Source: a virus (lineage: Duplodnaviria; Caudoviricetes). From it: DNA of 64,000 nt. The position numbers and the translations under genes were made by a program. The notes beneath the pieces are model-generated. The model was not told where the DNA came from. It did no database searches and saw nothing but the letters and a program-made list of their open reading frames with translations. How positions within the stretch are numbered: position 1 is the first letter of the stretch; each line of letters begins with the position of its first letter. The stretch is taken from positions 32,001 through 96,000 of IMG/VR virus record IMGVR_UViG_3300028887_000080, one strand, 5' to 3'. Positions 46,097-55,016 of the stretch are shown piece after piece.

Positions 46097-47962
46097 TTAT
46101 CGCAAAAGCGTGGAAACCTTGTCAATCTGCTCATACAGGTAGTGTTCCACCCCGTCCGCTTTTTTGTATTTGTCGCTGAAACGACCGCCATTGTCCTTTA
46201 TCTGCCCGTATTCTTCCACCGCCTTTGACGAGATGTGCATAGGGTCTCTCGACTTGTCTTTGATTTGGTCGGACACCAACTGTATGTCCCGTATAAATTC
46301 TTCAGGCAAATCGCTTTTCTTGAGGTCTGCGAGGAACGGGGTGTGCATAATCCTGCCCTTGCCTGCGTTGAACATAGACTCTATGTCCGCGGCGTCTCTC
46401 GGTTTGCCGTGTTCGATTTGGCAGGTGAACGCCACGTTCACGGGGAAGTCGTCGTATCCAAGTCCTTCGCCCATCTGCATTTCAACCTGCTTGCATATCA
46501 TATTTCCCATCATAGCGATTGGGTTGAGCGGGTTTCCGATGGTGACGTGCCAATACCCAGTCGGTTCCGACGACAGGATTGCGTTTGCAGGTTGTGTGAA
46601 ACCGAGTTGTCCGAGGTTTCCGTTTATAAGGGAACCAATCATATTTTGTATGGCGCCGTTGAATATGTTTTTCGCGAGGTCTACCCAATCCTTCAGCGAG
46701 GAGGGCCAACTTCCGTTGTTCTGTGACTTGATGAAGTTCGTTGCGTGTGCGACAAGACTTTTTCCGTATGTCGCGTAGTCGCCCTTTGCAAAGGCGGAAA
46801 GGTCTCCGGGTTGTTTGCCGAACCCTCCTCCGTTTCCGTAGTAACGGGTGGCGCCTCCCCAAAACGAACCCGTGCTTGTCCCCATAGTAATCATATTGCC
46901 TATGATGTCGAGCATAGCGATTTTGGGGTTCACATATTGCAGGGACTTCAATTCGTACTCGAATTTCAGATTGAAACTCTGCTCGAAGTTGAGACCCGTG
47001 TCGCGTATCTTCGTCTTTTTGATTACATCGACTGGACCCTGTGTGTACTTTTGGTATTTCTGCCACGGGTCAACCTGTGCGTACTGTCCTGCGACCTGCT
47101 GCTGTGCGGGTGTCAGACTTGTTCCTGCAAGAGCGTTGAACGCGCTCATAGAAAATCCCCTTGAGAACGGGTTTGCGCTTTTGTCGTTCACGGTGTTGAT
47201 TAACGTCGCCCCGACACCGAAACTTGAAGCGCCCGGTGTCCCTGACGTGAGAGATTGTATTTCGGAAGTCTGCTCCGCCCAATTCGTGCCCCAAGTGAAT
47301 TTAAGGAGGTCGTCCATTTTGTTCCCTGCCATCTCCGACATATAGGTTGTCGCTGTGGCGATTGGCAACAGGGCGTCCCTTGTGTTGAGTTTCGCGTGTA
47401 TCTCCTCACTGTATGCGAGGTTGAATGCCACGTCCCCGCAAGGCATACCGTATCTTCGCAATGTGATTAGGTAGTTCGGCGGTATGAACCCGTAGTATTT
47501 GTTGTAGATGAAGTCCTCTATCCTGTACCTTGCGGAGTCGATGTTCTTGTATGCCTCTATGATTTTTTGGTATGTGACACCGCCGCTTGTCCACATCCTG
47601 TTGGCGCGTGCGAGGTCATTGTCGAAATACCTCTGCATCAATTCAGGGTCGTTGCGCTTGAACATACCCATAATGCCTGTGTAGTCCACCATCTGCCATC
47701 TTGAGAACATACTGAACGGCGCTATCACGCCTACTGTCCGCACATCATAAATTGATGACGCCTTTCCTTGCGATTCGGGGTTCCCAGCGTCATCGGTCGT
47801 GAACACGACGTCGCCTGCGTACATATTCCCGTTTTCGTCAGGGGCGAACGCCCACGTCCACATAGGGGTGGACGTACCCGACACTTCCCACACATTAGAA
47901 TACGGGGAGAACATACTGTCATAAAGTTCGGGAATTTCGGGAATTTTGTTTTCCGGAGGCAT
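46097..47962 (-). CDS. Putative virion (baseplate/tail-associated) protein
   Basis: 621 aa; late promoter upstream; F.LKFEYEL and WHVTIGNP.NPIAMMGNMIC..V...G...DDFP resemble tube-fold baseplate proteins. Confidence 0.45.
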   Translation of the reverse strand: MPPENKIPEIPELYDSMFSPYSNVWEVSGTSTPMWTWAFAPDENGNMYAGDVVFTTDDAGNPESQGKASSIYDVRTVGVIAPFSMFSRWQMVDYTGIMGMFKRNDPELMQRYFDNDLARANRMWTSGGVTYQKIIEAYKNIDSARYRIEDFIYNKYYGFIPPNYLITLRRYGMPCGDVAFNLAYSEEIHAKLNTRDALLPIATATTYMSEMAGNKMDDLLKFTWGTNWAEQTSEIQSLTSGTPGASSFGVGATLINTVNDKSANPFSRGFSMSAFNALAGTSLTPAQQQVAGQYAQVDPWQKYQKYTQGPVDVIKKTKIRDTGLNFEQSFNLKFEYELKSLQYVNPKIAMLDIIGNMITMGTSTGSFWGGATRYYGNGGGFGKQPGDLSAFAKGDYATYGKSLVAHATNFIKSQNNGSWPSSLKDWVDLAKNIFNGAIQNMIGSLINGNLGQLGFTQPANAILSSEPTGYWHVTIGNPLNPIAMMGNMICKQVEMQMGEGLGYDDFPVNVAFTCQIEHGKPRDAADIESMFNAGKGRIMHTPFLADLKKSDLPEEFIRDIQLVSDQIKDKSRDPMHISSKAVEEYGQIKDNGGRFSDKYKKADGVEHYLYEQIDKVSTLLR

Positions 47963-48049
47963 TATTTTCTTCGATTTTTTTGTTATATTATTTATATGAT
48001 GGATATGACGGAAGGTTTATAAATAATATCTATTCAAAACTTATCCGTT

Positions 48050-48415
48050 ATGGGCAGAAAAAGAAGTGTAAATTACATAGACCCGAAAGAATTTTATGAC
48101 GAACTTGTCATTTCGCTTGAAAAGGACGAACTCACTCCGAGGGCGATTGAACTCTGCCAACTGCTTATCGACAGGGTTGCCAAGTGCAACCACTACAGTT
48201 GCATTGAGGACGAAGAGGACTGCAAGGCGCACGCTATGTTCAACATACTGCGGTATTGGAGGAATTTCGACCCGGAGAAATACGACAATCCCTTCTCATA
48301 TTTCACATCGTTCGCTTGGTCGGGTCTCGGACAGGGGTGGAATGTGATACATCCTGAAAAGGAAAGGGGTGTCCAAAAGATTTTCATATCAAGCATAGAG
48401 GACGCCAAAAAATGA
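48050..48415 (+). CDS. Late-transcription sigma factor (T4 gp55-like)
   Basis: NYID.KEFY, RNFDPEKYDNPFSYFT motif; consistent with TATAAATA promoters. Confidence 0.8.
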   Translation: MGRKRSVNYIDPKEFYDELVISLEKDELTPRAIELCQLLIDRVAKCNHYSCIEDEEDCKAHAMFNILRYWRNFDPEKYDNPFSYFTSFAWSGLGQGWNVIHPEKERGVQKIFISSIEDAKK

Positions 48416-48443
48416 AAAAGGTCGGTTTTGAACCGACCTTTTC
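48415..48443. terminator. Bidirectional terminator
   Basis: aaaaggtcggtt-ttg-aaccgacctttt. Confidence 0.75.
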
Positions 48444-48465
48444 TTTTTTGATACGCTTTGAACCT

Positions 48466-50169
48466 CTATTCCTTTTGGCAGTCGCAGACGAGTGTTTTCT
48501 TTTCCTTTCCGCAGGTCGGGCACACATCGCCGTCGCCGCAGGTCGGACACTCACCGTTGACCACTGTCACTCCGTCACCGTCCACAACAACCGTTTCGTG
48601 GTTGATGTCGAAGATGAGGTCGCTTTTGTTCACAACAACCGACGAACCTGTTTTGGGGTCGGTCACGGTGATTGTCGTGTATTCAGGTGCCTCCGCGAAT
48701 GCTGCGGCGTCGACATACACAATGTCGCCTGGGACGAGTGTTCCGACAATGTTTGCCACCTTGACGGGAACGCAGTTGCTGTCGCAGTCTGTTGTGTATG
48801 TGTCGGAAAGTGCGATTTCGTTGTTCTTGATTTCACATTCAAGGAGGTTGAGAGCTTCAACAAGGGAAGTTGTGTCAATGTTTTTCGGTGTCTTTTCGAT
48901 TTCAGACACGATTTTGCCGCGTTGCTCTTTCAGGAAGTCGATTCTGTCCTGAATGCTTGCACGTTCTTCCATAATCGCAGCCTTCTTGTCGCCTTCCGCC
49001 TTAAGTGCCTCTCGGAGTATGTTCGTGGCGTCGTAGTTGATGCTTTCCTTGATGTATTTGTTCGCTTCGGTTGCCGACTTGAAGAACTTCATCTCGTTCA
49101 TATAGGTGTTGTAGTTCACGTTGTTGACATAGAAACCTTCCTCGACGGAAATCAGGGTGAGGAACACGCCTGCGTTCACGTCGGAACGGAGGTTCACCAT
49201 ATTGTCAAGTTCACTAATCATATCGCGGGACTCGAACATTTTGACAAGCGTGTCGATATGATGCACATTGGTCTTGTTGAACAGACCGCTGATTGAGAGT
49301 GTGTCGCGGAGGTCGAGTGACGGGAGGTCTGTAAGGTCGTTGTTTCCTATGCAGATGCGGTTCTCGTCAATCTTGTATTCGAGTATTTTCCCGTTAACTC
49401 CGTAGTAGTCGAGCGTGTTTTCCTTTGCGTTGTAGGTCATAAGGGAAAGACCGTTCACCACGTTGTTGTAGCGTTCGTTTGAAACCTTTGTCTCAAGTAT
49501 TTTTCCGTTAGACAAGGCATAGTTCTTTCCATAGAGGTTGAACACAATGCTGTTGTTTTCGGAAATGAAAGGAGTGAACATCTTGACCATAGAGCAGCAG
49601 TGGTTTTCGACAACCGTCTTGTTCAGTTTGCTTGTGGTCTTGTATTCCTCGGATTCGATAAGGGCGATGACCTGTTTGGATTCGTTGCACCAAAATTCCG
49701 TGTCAACCGCCAATTTTTTGAGCGGTTCATAGACATCGTCGTTCAGAAGCACGTCATTGACCTGCTTGTAGAGGTCTGCATACATATTGTTGGACATCTT
49801 CTTCGCACAGGACTCCATAACCTTTGCCCCGACATATCCCCACTTGTCGATTTCCATTGTGGACTTGATGTATGCGCAAAGGGTTTTTACAGGAACGAGG
49901 AAACTCCCGTTCAGTGAGTTGTAGACATTCTCCGCAATCGAATACTTGATTGCAGGGTTCAGTTTTGATTCGTCAATCGGGATTCCAGCGTTTTTTCTTC
50001 CAATCATAACCGCAACCTCTGACGGGAATTGCTTGATTGCATTCTCGACGATTGCGTACGAACTCATTGCGGAATATGATGCACTGTCGTTTGACGCCGC
50101 GAAATCCTTGAGGTCTCTTGCTGCGCTTGCGAGATTCTCATATAATTGTATCAGATTAAATTTTCTCAT
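48466..50169 (-). CDS. Hypothetical late protein (coiled coil, C-terminal CPTCG repeats)
   Basis: 567 aa; TATAAATA upstream. Confidence 0.7.
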   Translation of the reverse strand: MRKFNLIQLYENLASAARDLKDFAASNDSASYSAMSSYAIVENAIKQFPSEVAVMIGRKNAGIPIDESKLNPAIKYSIAENVYNSLNGSFLVPVKTLCAYIKSTMEIDKWGYVGAKVMESCAKKMSNNMYADLYKQVNDVLLNDDVYEPLKKLAVDTEFWCNESKQVIALIESEEYKTTSKLNKTVVENHCCSMVKMFTPFISENNSIVFNLYGKNYALSNGKILETKVSNERYNNVVNGLSLMTYNAKENTLDYYGVNGKILEYKIDENRICIGNNDLTDLPSLDLRDTLSISGLFNKTNVHHIDTLVKMFESRDMISELDNMVNLRSDVNAGVFLTLISVEEGFYVNNVNYNTYMNEMKFFKSATEANKYIKESINYDATNILREALKAEGDKKAAIMEERASIQDRIDFLKEQRGKIVSEIEKTPKNIDTTSLVEALNLLECEIKNNEIALSDTYTTDCDSNCVPVKVANIVGTLVPGDIVYVDAAAFAEAPEYTTITVTDPKTGSSVVVNKSDLIFDINHETVVVDGDGVTVVNGECPTCGDGDVCPTCGKEKKTLVCDCQKE

Positions 50170-50224
50170 ATCTTATATAATATTTTCCTTGTGTTGTGAC
50201 ACCTTTTATTTATAAAGGACTCTT

Positions 50225-50785
50225 TCAGTCCTTGTTTTCCTTTTTAGTCTTTTCGGAAAGCGACTTCACATAGGCGTCGAAGTCAAGGACGTGACCGTTT
50301 CCTGCGTTTATCTTGCCGATGTTTTTGTCAACAGGAATGAGTTTTTCGTTTCCCTTTCCTTTCGGAGCGTCGAATTTCGGGGGCTTGTATCCACCCTTGC
50401 GCTCATCCTTCTTGAACTCCTTCTTGGTCTTGTCCGCCCTGTCGTTTGCAATGCTGTTCATATCGCCCGCATTGCCTTTTCCGCTTGTTATAACCTCCGT
50501 GTCGTCCTCGTTGGATTCCTTTATCTCGTCCTTGATGTTGACGGGTTTCCAAGCGGACGGGGTTATGATTGCAAAACCGTTCTTCGGCATAAGGTCTGGG
50601 TGCTGCATCGGGTTCGGGCATTCCGCGCATATCTCGTTGTATCTTGCGATGTGCGTGCGTGCGATTTCCTCGATGACACCCATTCCGAGAAGTATGCTCA
50701 AGACCTGCTCGTCGCTCAATCCGCATTTCTTCTGCGAATAAATCAGTCTCAATAAGTTGCTGTTCATAATAGGATAATTATTCAA
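50225..50785 (-). CDS. Hypothetical late protein
   Basis: ORF behind TATAAATA; charged C-terminus. Confidence 0.6.
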   Translation of the reverse strand: MNNYPIMNSNLLRLIYSQKKCGLSDEQVLSILLGMGVIEEIARTHIARYNEICAECPNPMQHPDLMPKNGFAIITPSAWKPVNIKDEIKESNEDDTEVITSGKGNAGDMNSIANDRADKTKKEFKKDERKGGYKPPKFDAPKGKGNEKLIPVDKNIGKINAGNGHVLDFDAYVKSLSEKTKKENKD

Positions 50786-50805
50786 CTATATTTATAAGGC
50801 AGGAT

Positions 50806-51195
50806 TTACCATCCATTGCCGTTTTTAATACGGATGCCCTCACGCCGCATATCCTGTGGGGTGATGTTTCCGAGTTTTCCAATCCAAAGTTCGTGTACGC
50901 TGTTGTATTCCTCCGTCCAACCCTTTTTCTCGTATGTGACGAGGATGCAACCATTGTCAAGCACCTCACAGGTCAGGTCGGCAACGTCAATGTCGGATTT
51001 TACTGCCGATTTGACAACATCATACACACTGTTGCCGGTGATGAGTTTGAGGTCTTTGTGCTGATAGTCTCCGTGTCTGACACTGTGTTCCTCGTGTTTC
51101 AGAAGCACATAGGGTTCGTATCTGTATCCTGTGGCGGTGGATGGCATTCTTGATTTACTGACACTCATTTCATCCACACTTTTGATATGTTCCAT
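50806..51195 (-). CDS. Hypothetical late protein with capsid-targeting-like N-terminus
   Basis: MEHIKSVDEMS; TATAAATA at 51221. Confidence 0.65.
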   Translation of the reverse strand: MEHIKSVDEMSVSKSRMPSTATGYRYEPYVLLKHEEHSVRHGDYQHKDLKLITGNSVYDVVKSAVKSDIDVADLTCEVLDNGCILVTYEKKGWTEEYNSVHELWIGKLGNITPQDMRREGIRIKNGNGW

Positions 51196-51313
51196 AATCG
51201 GTTGATATATTTTTTTACATTATTTATATTCGGTCTGTGAACTACCGCTTGGGTAAAGACATAGCGGTTTTTTTGAACAATTCGTATAAATATAGACAAA
51301 CAAAAACGGAATT

Positions 51314-52036
51314 ATGAGGATTAAAACACTTGACGAGTTCACAAACCGCGTAAACGAGGCGAAGGGTGACAACCTGCATCAATTCGTGGAGTATATGAAT
51401 GAATACGGAAAACAAGGTGAATTGGGACATTGTTCAACGACAGCGGAAAACGAGTTTTCAAAAAACAATTTTGTTTTCAGTGACGTGTCAGACACATTTG
51501 ACAATTATTCACTATGCGGTCTTGTGTTCGACTATCTTTGTGATATGGGTGAAGCGTGCGATTTGGACGAACTTAAACATTCGGACGACCCTGTTGTGGA
51601 GTACATAGAGGACGAAAACGACTTCAACGGTTATCTGATGGACGTCGCATACGATAGGATTCTGTCCAACTTGGAAACTGACAGCAGGGGGAACATCTAT
51701 ATAGAGCGTGAAATATCGGTTCCAAAATTCATAAACAAGGACAAGTTCTACAACTTGCTGAAAACCGACTACAGCGGAAAACTCGGTGTGTTCTGGACTT
51801 ATGCCAAAGGCAATGCGGAGGCGCAGTGGTCAAACCATCTTGACGGCGAATACATAACGCTGTACGGATATGTTTCACCGACCGATGTCGATTGGGACGA
51901 AACCATCAGGGCGAACCTCGATATGCCAGACGAACAGGAACTGACGTTGAAGAAAGGCGCGACAATAGAACTCGACAGGGTAAAAACAAAAAAAGGGCAC
52001 ACCATATTCCGTGGCAGTATGCTGTACAAGGCGTAA
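51314..52036 (+). CDS. Late protein with capsid-targeting-like N-terminus and ART-like C-terminal domain
   Basis: MRIKTLDEF..RVNEA; YIER..LGVFWT..EQEL motif order resembles R-S/T-ExE ADP-ribosyltransferases. Confidence 0.55.
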   Translation: MRIKTLDEFTNRVNEAKGDNLHQFVEYMNEYGKQGELGHCSTTAENEFSKNNFVFSDVSDTFDNYSLCGLVFDYLCDMGEACDLDELKHSDDPVVEYIEDENDFNGYLMDVAYDRILSNLETDSRGNIYIEREISVPKFINKDKFYNLLKTDYSGKLGVFWTYAKGNAEAQWSNHLDGEYITLYGYVSPTDVDWDETIRANLDMPDEQELTLKKGATIELDRVKTKKGHTIFRGSMLYKA

Positions 52037-52062
52037 CACCGCAATATATCAACGATATATCT

Positions 52063-52329
52063 ATGAAAGAAGACATCAACAGATACAAGGGGTTCGAGTT
52101 TCCGAACGACAAAGTCCGCACCTCCAACTGGGACATACAGAACACAGGGTACGACTACTCAAAGACGCTTATAAGCAACTCCCTTTCCAAATACCTCTAC
52201 GGCAACAAGTCGCTTGCAGGGTTCCTCGACACACTGAACGGCATAATGGTGCATCTCGTGGACTGCGTGAAATACATACGCAACTTCTACAACTACGCCG
52301 TGCCGAAAGACTACAAGAAAATCAATTAG
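52063..52329 (+). CDS. Hypothetical protein
   Basis: Start MKEDINRY directly after a palindrome copy. Confidence 0.6.
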   Translation: MKEDINRYKGFEFPNDKVRTSNWDIQNTGYDYSKTLISNSLSKYLYGNKSLAGFLDTLNGIMVHLVDCVKYIRNFYNYAVPKDYKKIN

Positions 52330-52338
52330 AAATCAGCG

Positions 52339-52656
52339 TCAGATTTCCGGGTCGACATAATAATCGACGATTATAGGGGCGCCTTCGCCCGCGTATGGCA
52401 GCGCCCGAAGCGTGTTGTACGATATGTAGTCATACGCCTCGTCCTCGTCCATACCGTCGGCGGTCATAAGTTGTCCGACCATCCTGAACATACTGTATAT
52501 GTAGCGCCCGTCTGTGTCGACGCCGACTATGCAGTTGTCGAACCCGTCGAGTTTTATCGACTCCGGATACATTTCAAACAGGTCGTCGAGAGATATTCTC
52601 ATCGGAGCGTCCTTGTCAAGCAGCGTTTTCCCGATTTTGCTTTCAGTGATTTTCAT
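52339..52656 (-). CDS. Conserved hypothetical phage protein
   Basis: DGFD.CIVG..YS..M..DEA.DY..YN....Y.GE..PI. Confidence 0.7.
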   Translation of the reverse strand: MKITESKIGKTLLDKDAPMRISLDDLFEMYPESIKLDGFDNCIVGVDTDGRYIYSMFRMVGQLMTADGMDEDEAYDYISYNTLRALPYAGEGAPIIVDYYVDPEI

Positions 52657-52752
52657 AATATTTCGGCAATTAGACCGCCTGAATGAAGTCAAAGCGGATG
52701 TTCAATTTGTTTATTTTATGTTTTCTGCAACGGAATTATCCCTTTCTGAAAT

Positions 52753-52790
52753 AATATAACAAAAAAATGGAAATTTTTTATTATATTCAA
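52753..52790. promoter_or_regulatory. Divergent pair of TTATATT(C/A/T)A promoter motifs. Other copies at ~9674+, 22773-, 35937-, 38100-, 42605-, 46016-, 47983+, 58297+
   Basis: T-tract + TTATATT recurring 10-40 bp upstream of non-structural ORFs. Confidence 0.6.
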
Positions 52791-52803
52791 TAAAAGGAAT
52801 GCT

Positions 52804-52998
52804 ATGGACATCAAATATAGAAAAGACCACGAATGGACTTCCACGCAGTGCGACCACATCCGCATCCTCGACAATGAGGGAAACGAATACCGCATAACCT
52901 GCAACAAGTTCGGGGGGATAGAGATTCTGTCGGAAGACGGAAGTGTGGCAATCGAACCGATTGTGTCAAACCATTTTGTCATCAAAAGAACGAAGTGA
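52804..52998 (+). CDS. Hypothetical small protein
   Basis: First gene behind the promoter motif. Confidence 0.6.
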   Translation: MDIKYRKDHEWTSTQCDHIRILDNEGNEYRITCNKFGGIEILSEDGSVAIEPIVSNHFVIKRTK

Positions 52999-53417
52999 TG
53001 CACACCTACAAGAAATTCACGAAAGACCAAAGAAGCACGTTCTCCTATTGGTTCGCCCATTGGCGGGCGTTCAACGAACTCGCACGCGAACTCGGCGTGT
53101 GGAAATTCCGCCACCTGTTCCACGATATAGAGAAACCGTTCCTGCGACTTTTTATGGACTACAGGAAAGTGCAGGAAATCCATCGCAGACACAACGCCCA
53201 CCATCTTGAATATCAAGGCAGGCGTAATTGGTTGGATATGTACCTTGATTGGGAGTGCTCCCGTTACACGAAAATCGCAAGTCCGAGAACCGCCGTGGAG
53301 GAGGCGAACGCGAAGTTGCAGGACGGAACTATGTCATACAACGACTACTGCGAGTTTATGCGTGTGGCGAGAAACATAAGTAGAAAGGACTATGAAAAAG
53401 GAAGCGGACAAGAATAA
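52995..53417 (+). CDS. HD-domain-like protein
   Basis: H...HDIEK...HRRHNAHH.EY...DW. Confidence 0.6.
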   Translation: MMHTYKKFTKDQRSTFSYWFAHWRAFNELARELGVWKFRHLFHDIEKPFLRLFMDYRKVQEIHRRHNAHHLEYQGRRNWLDMYLDWECSRYTKIASPRTAVEEANAKLQDGTMSYNDYCEFMRVARNISRKDYEKGSGQE

Positions 53418-53643
53418 ATTCCCGATTGAGTTCGAGTTCTTGTTTATGAACCATTGGGGCGGCATTTACATTCTCCCTTGTATGAAGTTGTGCGTCAATT
53501 ACTCAATGCCGACACTCATATTACAGTGGTGGGTGTTTCGGTTGGATGTTAAAATATACAAGCATTTGCCGAATTGGTTTATGAAATATGTATGGAGCGT
53601 CCTCAACTTCGATTTTATTAAAAAGAAGAAGTATGACAAGTGA
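53392..53643 (+). CDS. Hypothetical protein
   Basis: Overlap-coupled ORF. Confidence 0.5.
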   Translation: MKKEADKNKFPIEFEFLFMNHWGGIYILPCMKLCVNYSMPTLILQWWVFRLDVKIYKHLPNWFMKYVWSVLNFDFIKKKKYDK

Positions 53644-54088
53644 AGAAAAAGATTTATTGCGAAAAGACCTCTGCGCGAGGTTGCCGTATGATACGATTGT
53701 AAGCGTTGACAATGGTAAATATCGTGAAGATACGAAACTTCGTACATATCATCTTGCAGATTTCAACACTTGGGACGTCAGACCTTATCTCCGCCCGATA
53801 AATACCATAACAAAATCGGAAATTGCCGATGCGATTAAGTATATTTGTGATACCGATAATGTTGTATGGGACGATGGAACATCTGGTGTAGGATTCTATT
53901 TTTATAAATCAGATGGAATTAAACGCCCATTTGATGATTTCAAATTCAGATTGGGATGTTACGGACCAAAAAATATTGATTGGTTTAATAAATTCCATTT
54001 TGACTATCGTGGATTGATACCGATGGGATTGGCATTGCCATCACCTGAAGGAATGTATGAAACTAAAAGTGAACTAATTCCACCCTAA
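53633..54088 (+). CDS. Hypothetical phage protein; C-terminus altered by mini-IS insertion
   Basis: KDLCARLPY..PYLRP..HFDYRGLI..GLAL..PEGMY. Confidence 0.7.
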   Translation: MTSEEKDLLRKDLCARLPYDTIVSVDNGKYREDTKLRTYHLADFNTWDVRPYLRPINTITKSEIADAIKYICDTDNVVWDDGTSGVGFYFYKSDGIKRPFDDFKFRLGCYGPKNIDWFNKFHFDYRGLIPMGLALPSPEGMYETKSELIPP

Positions 54089-54381
54089 AGGGCGGAATCT
54101 TCGTGATTCAACGATGCTGTTTGCTTTGAATGTCCTATGGCATTCAAAATCATTTCCCGCATCTCCACACGCTTAAATTCGGTGTGTCCCACACCTACAT
54201 ATAAAACATCTGTTTTCTTGGTTTTACGGTCACAAACAGTCTGTTTTTGTTTCTGTGACCAACCACGATACCAATATTTCAAAGAACTTAATATATTTAT
54301 ATGAACCATTTTATAAACAACTTTATTCGTTCCGTTTCATATCCCACCTTGAAAGGAGGAATCTTTTCACGGAACATTTAT
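54069..54381 (-). mobile_element. Non-autonomous IS200/IS605 mini-element retaining the omegaRNA scaffold (no tnpA/tnpB)
   Basis: Minus strand: TTAC | LE hairpin ttcctcctttcaaggtggga ... ggtgtgggacacacc..gcgtgtggag..cgttgaatcacg, RE hairpin attccgccctttagggtggaat, ends TTCAC; removal restores ...ETKSK*. Confidence 0.8.
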
Positions 54382-54391
54382 GTAAATAGAT

Positions 54392-54667
54392 ATGACGAAC
54401 ATAGAAAAAGTAAGAGAACTAATCGAAGAAATATATCCATCAACCTCAATGGGTGATTATGGACTGAAAGAAATGCTATTGCTGGCGGCGATGAAATGGA
54501 AAGAACAGGAGATGATTGAGAAATTAAAAGAAATGGAAATTGAAGACGGAGATATAGAAGATTTTGCCAATGAGGAACAAAGTAGCAACTATGGGTTGAG
54601 TGAGAAGTTTATCTCACGTCTCAAAAAAGAAATGCAAATAACTGATAAACCATCACACTTAAATTGA
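54392..54667 (+). CDS. Hypothetical protein
   Basis: Operon continuity. Confidence 0.6.
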   Translation: MTNIEKVRELIEEIYPSTSMGDYGLKEMLLLAAMKWKEQEMIEKLKEMEIEDGDIEDFANEEQSSNYGLSEKFISRLKKEMQITDKPSHLN

Positions 54668-54674
54668 AAACAAT

Positions 54675-55013
54675 ATGAAAATCACAATCGTACACAACCC
54701 TGGATTCATTGAAGAGGAATTTTCGATTGAAATGAAAGGCGGGGAAATAAGCGCGGAATACGAAACCAATGACGGGGAACGTTATGTCATCGCCCGTGTA
54801 CCAAAAGGTCTCGTGAACGTTATTTACAATATGCAGAAAGGACTGCACAAAAACGACACCGTCATTGTGGAAACGGAAACTAAAACAGTAAGGGGAAAGT
54901 ATTATGCTCCTTCACAGATTGACGGCAACCCTCTTGTTTTATTGGACAACGGGATAGCAAAAGAAAAGAAAAGCAAGGAAACCCAAAGAATAAAACAAAA
55001 TAAAACAGAATAA
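54675..55013 (+). CDS. Hypothetical protein
   Basis: Operon continuity. Confidence 0.6.
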   Translation: MKITIVHNPGFIEEEFSIEMKGGEISAEYETNDGERYVIARVPKGLVNVIYNMQKGLHKNDTVIVETETKTVRGKYYAPSQIDGNPLVLLDNGIAKEKKSKETQRIKQNKTE

Positions 55014-55016
55014 AAT

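Noticed and set aside
54085-54309. 74-aa ORF as an independent gene
   Set aside because: It lies within the mini-IS, begins upstream of the internal late promoter, and its C-terminus is the TnpB tail/omegaRNA remnant.
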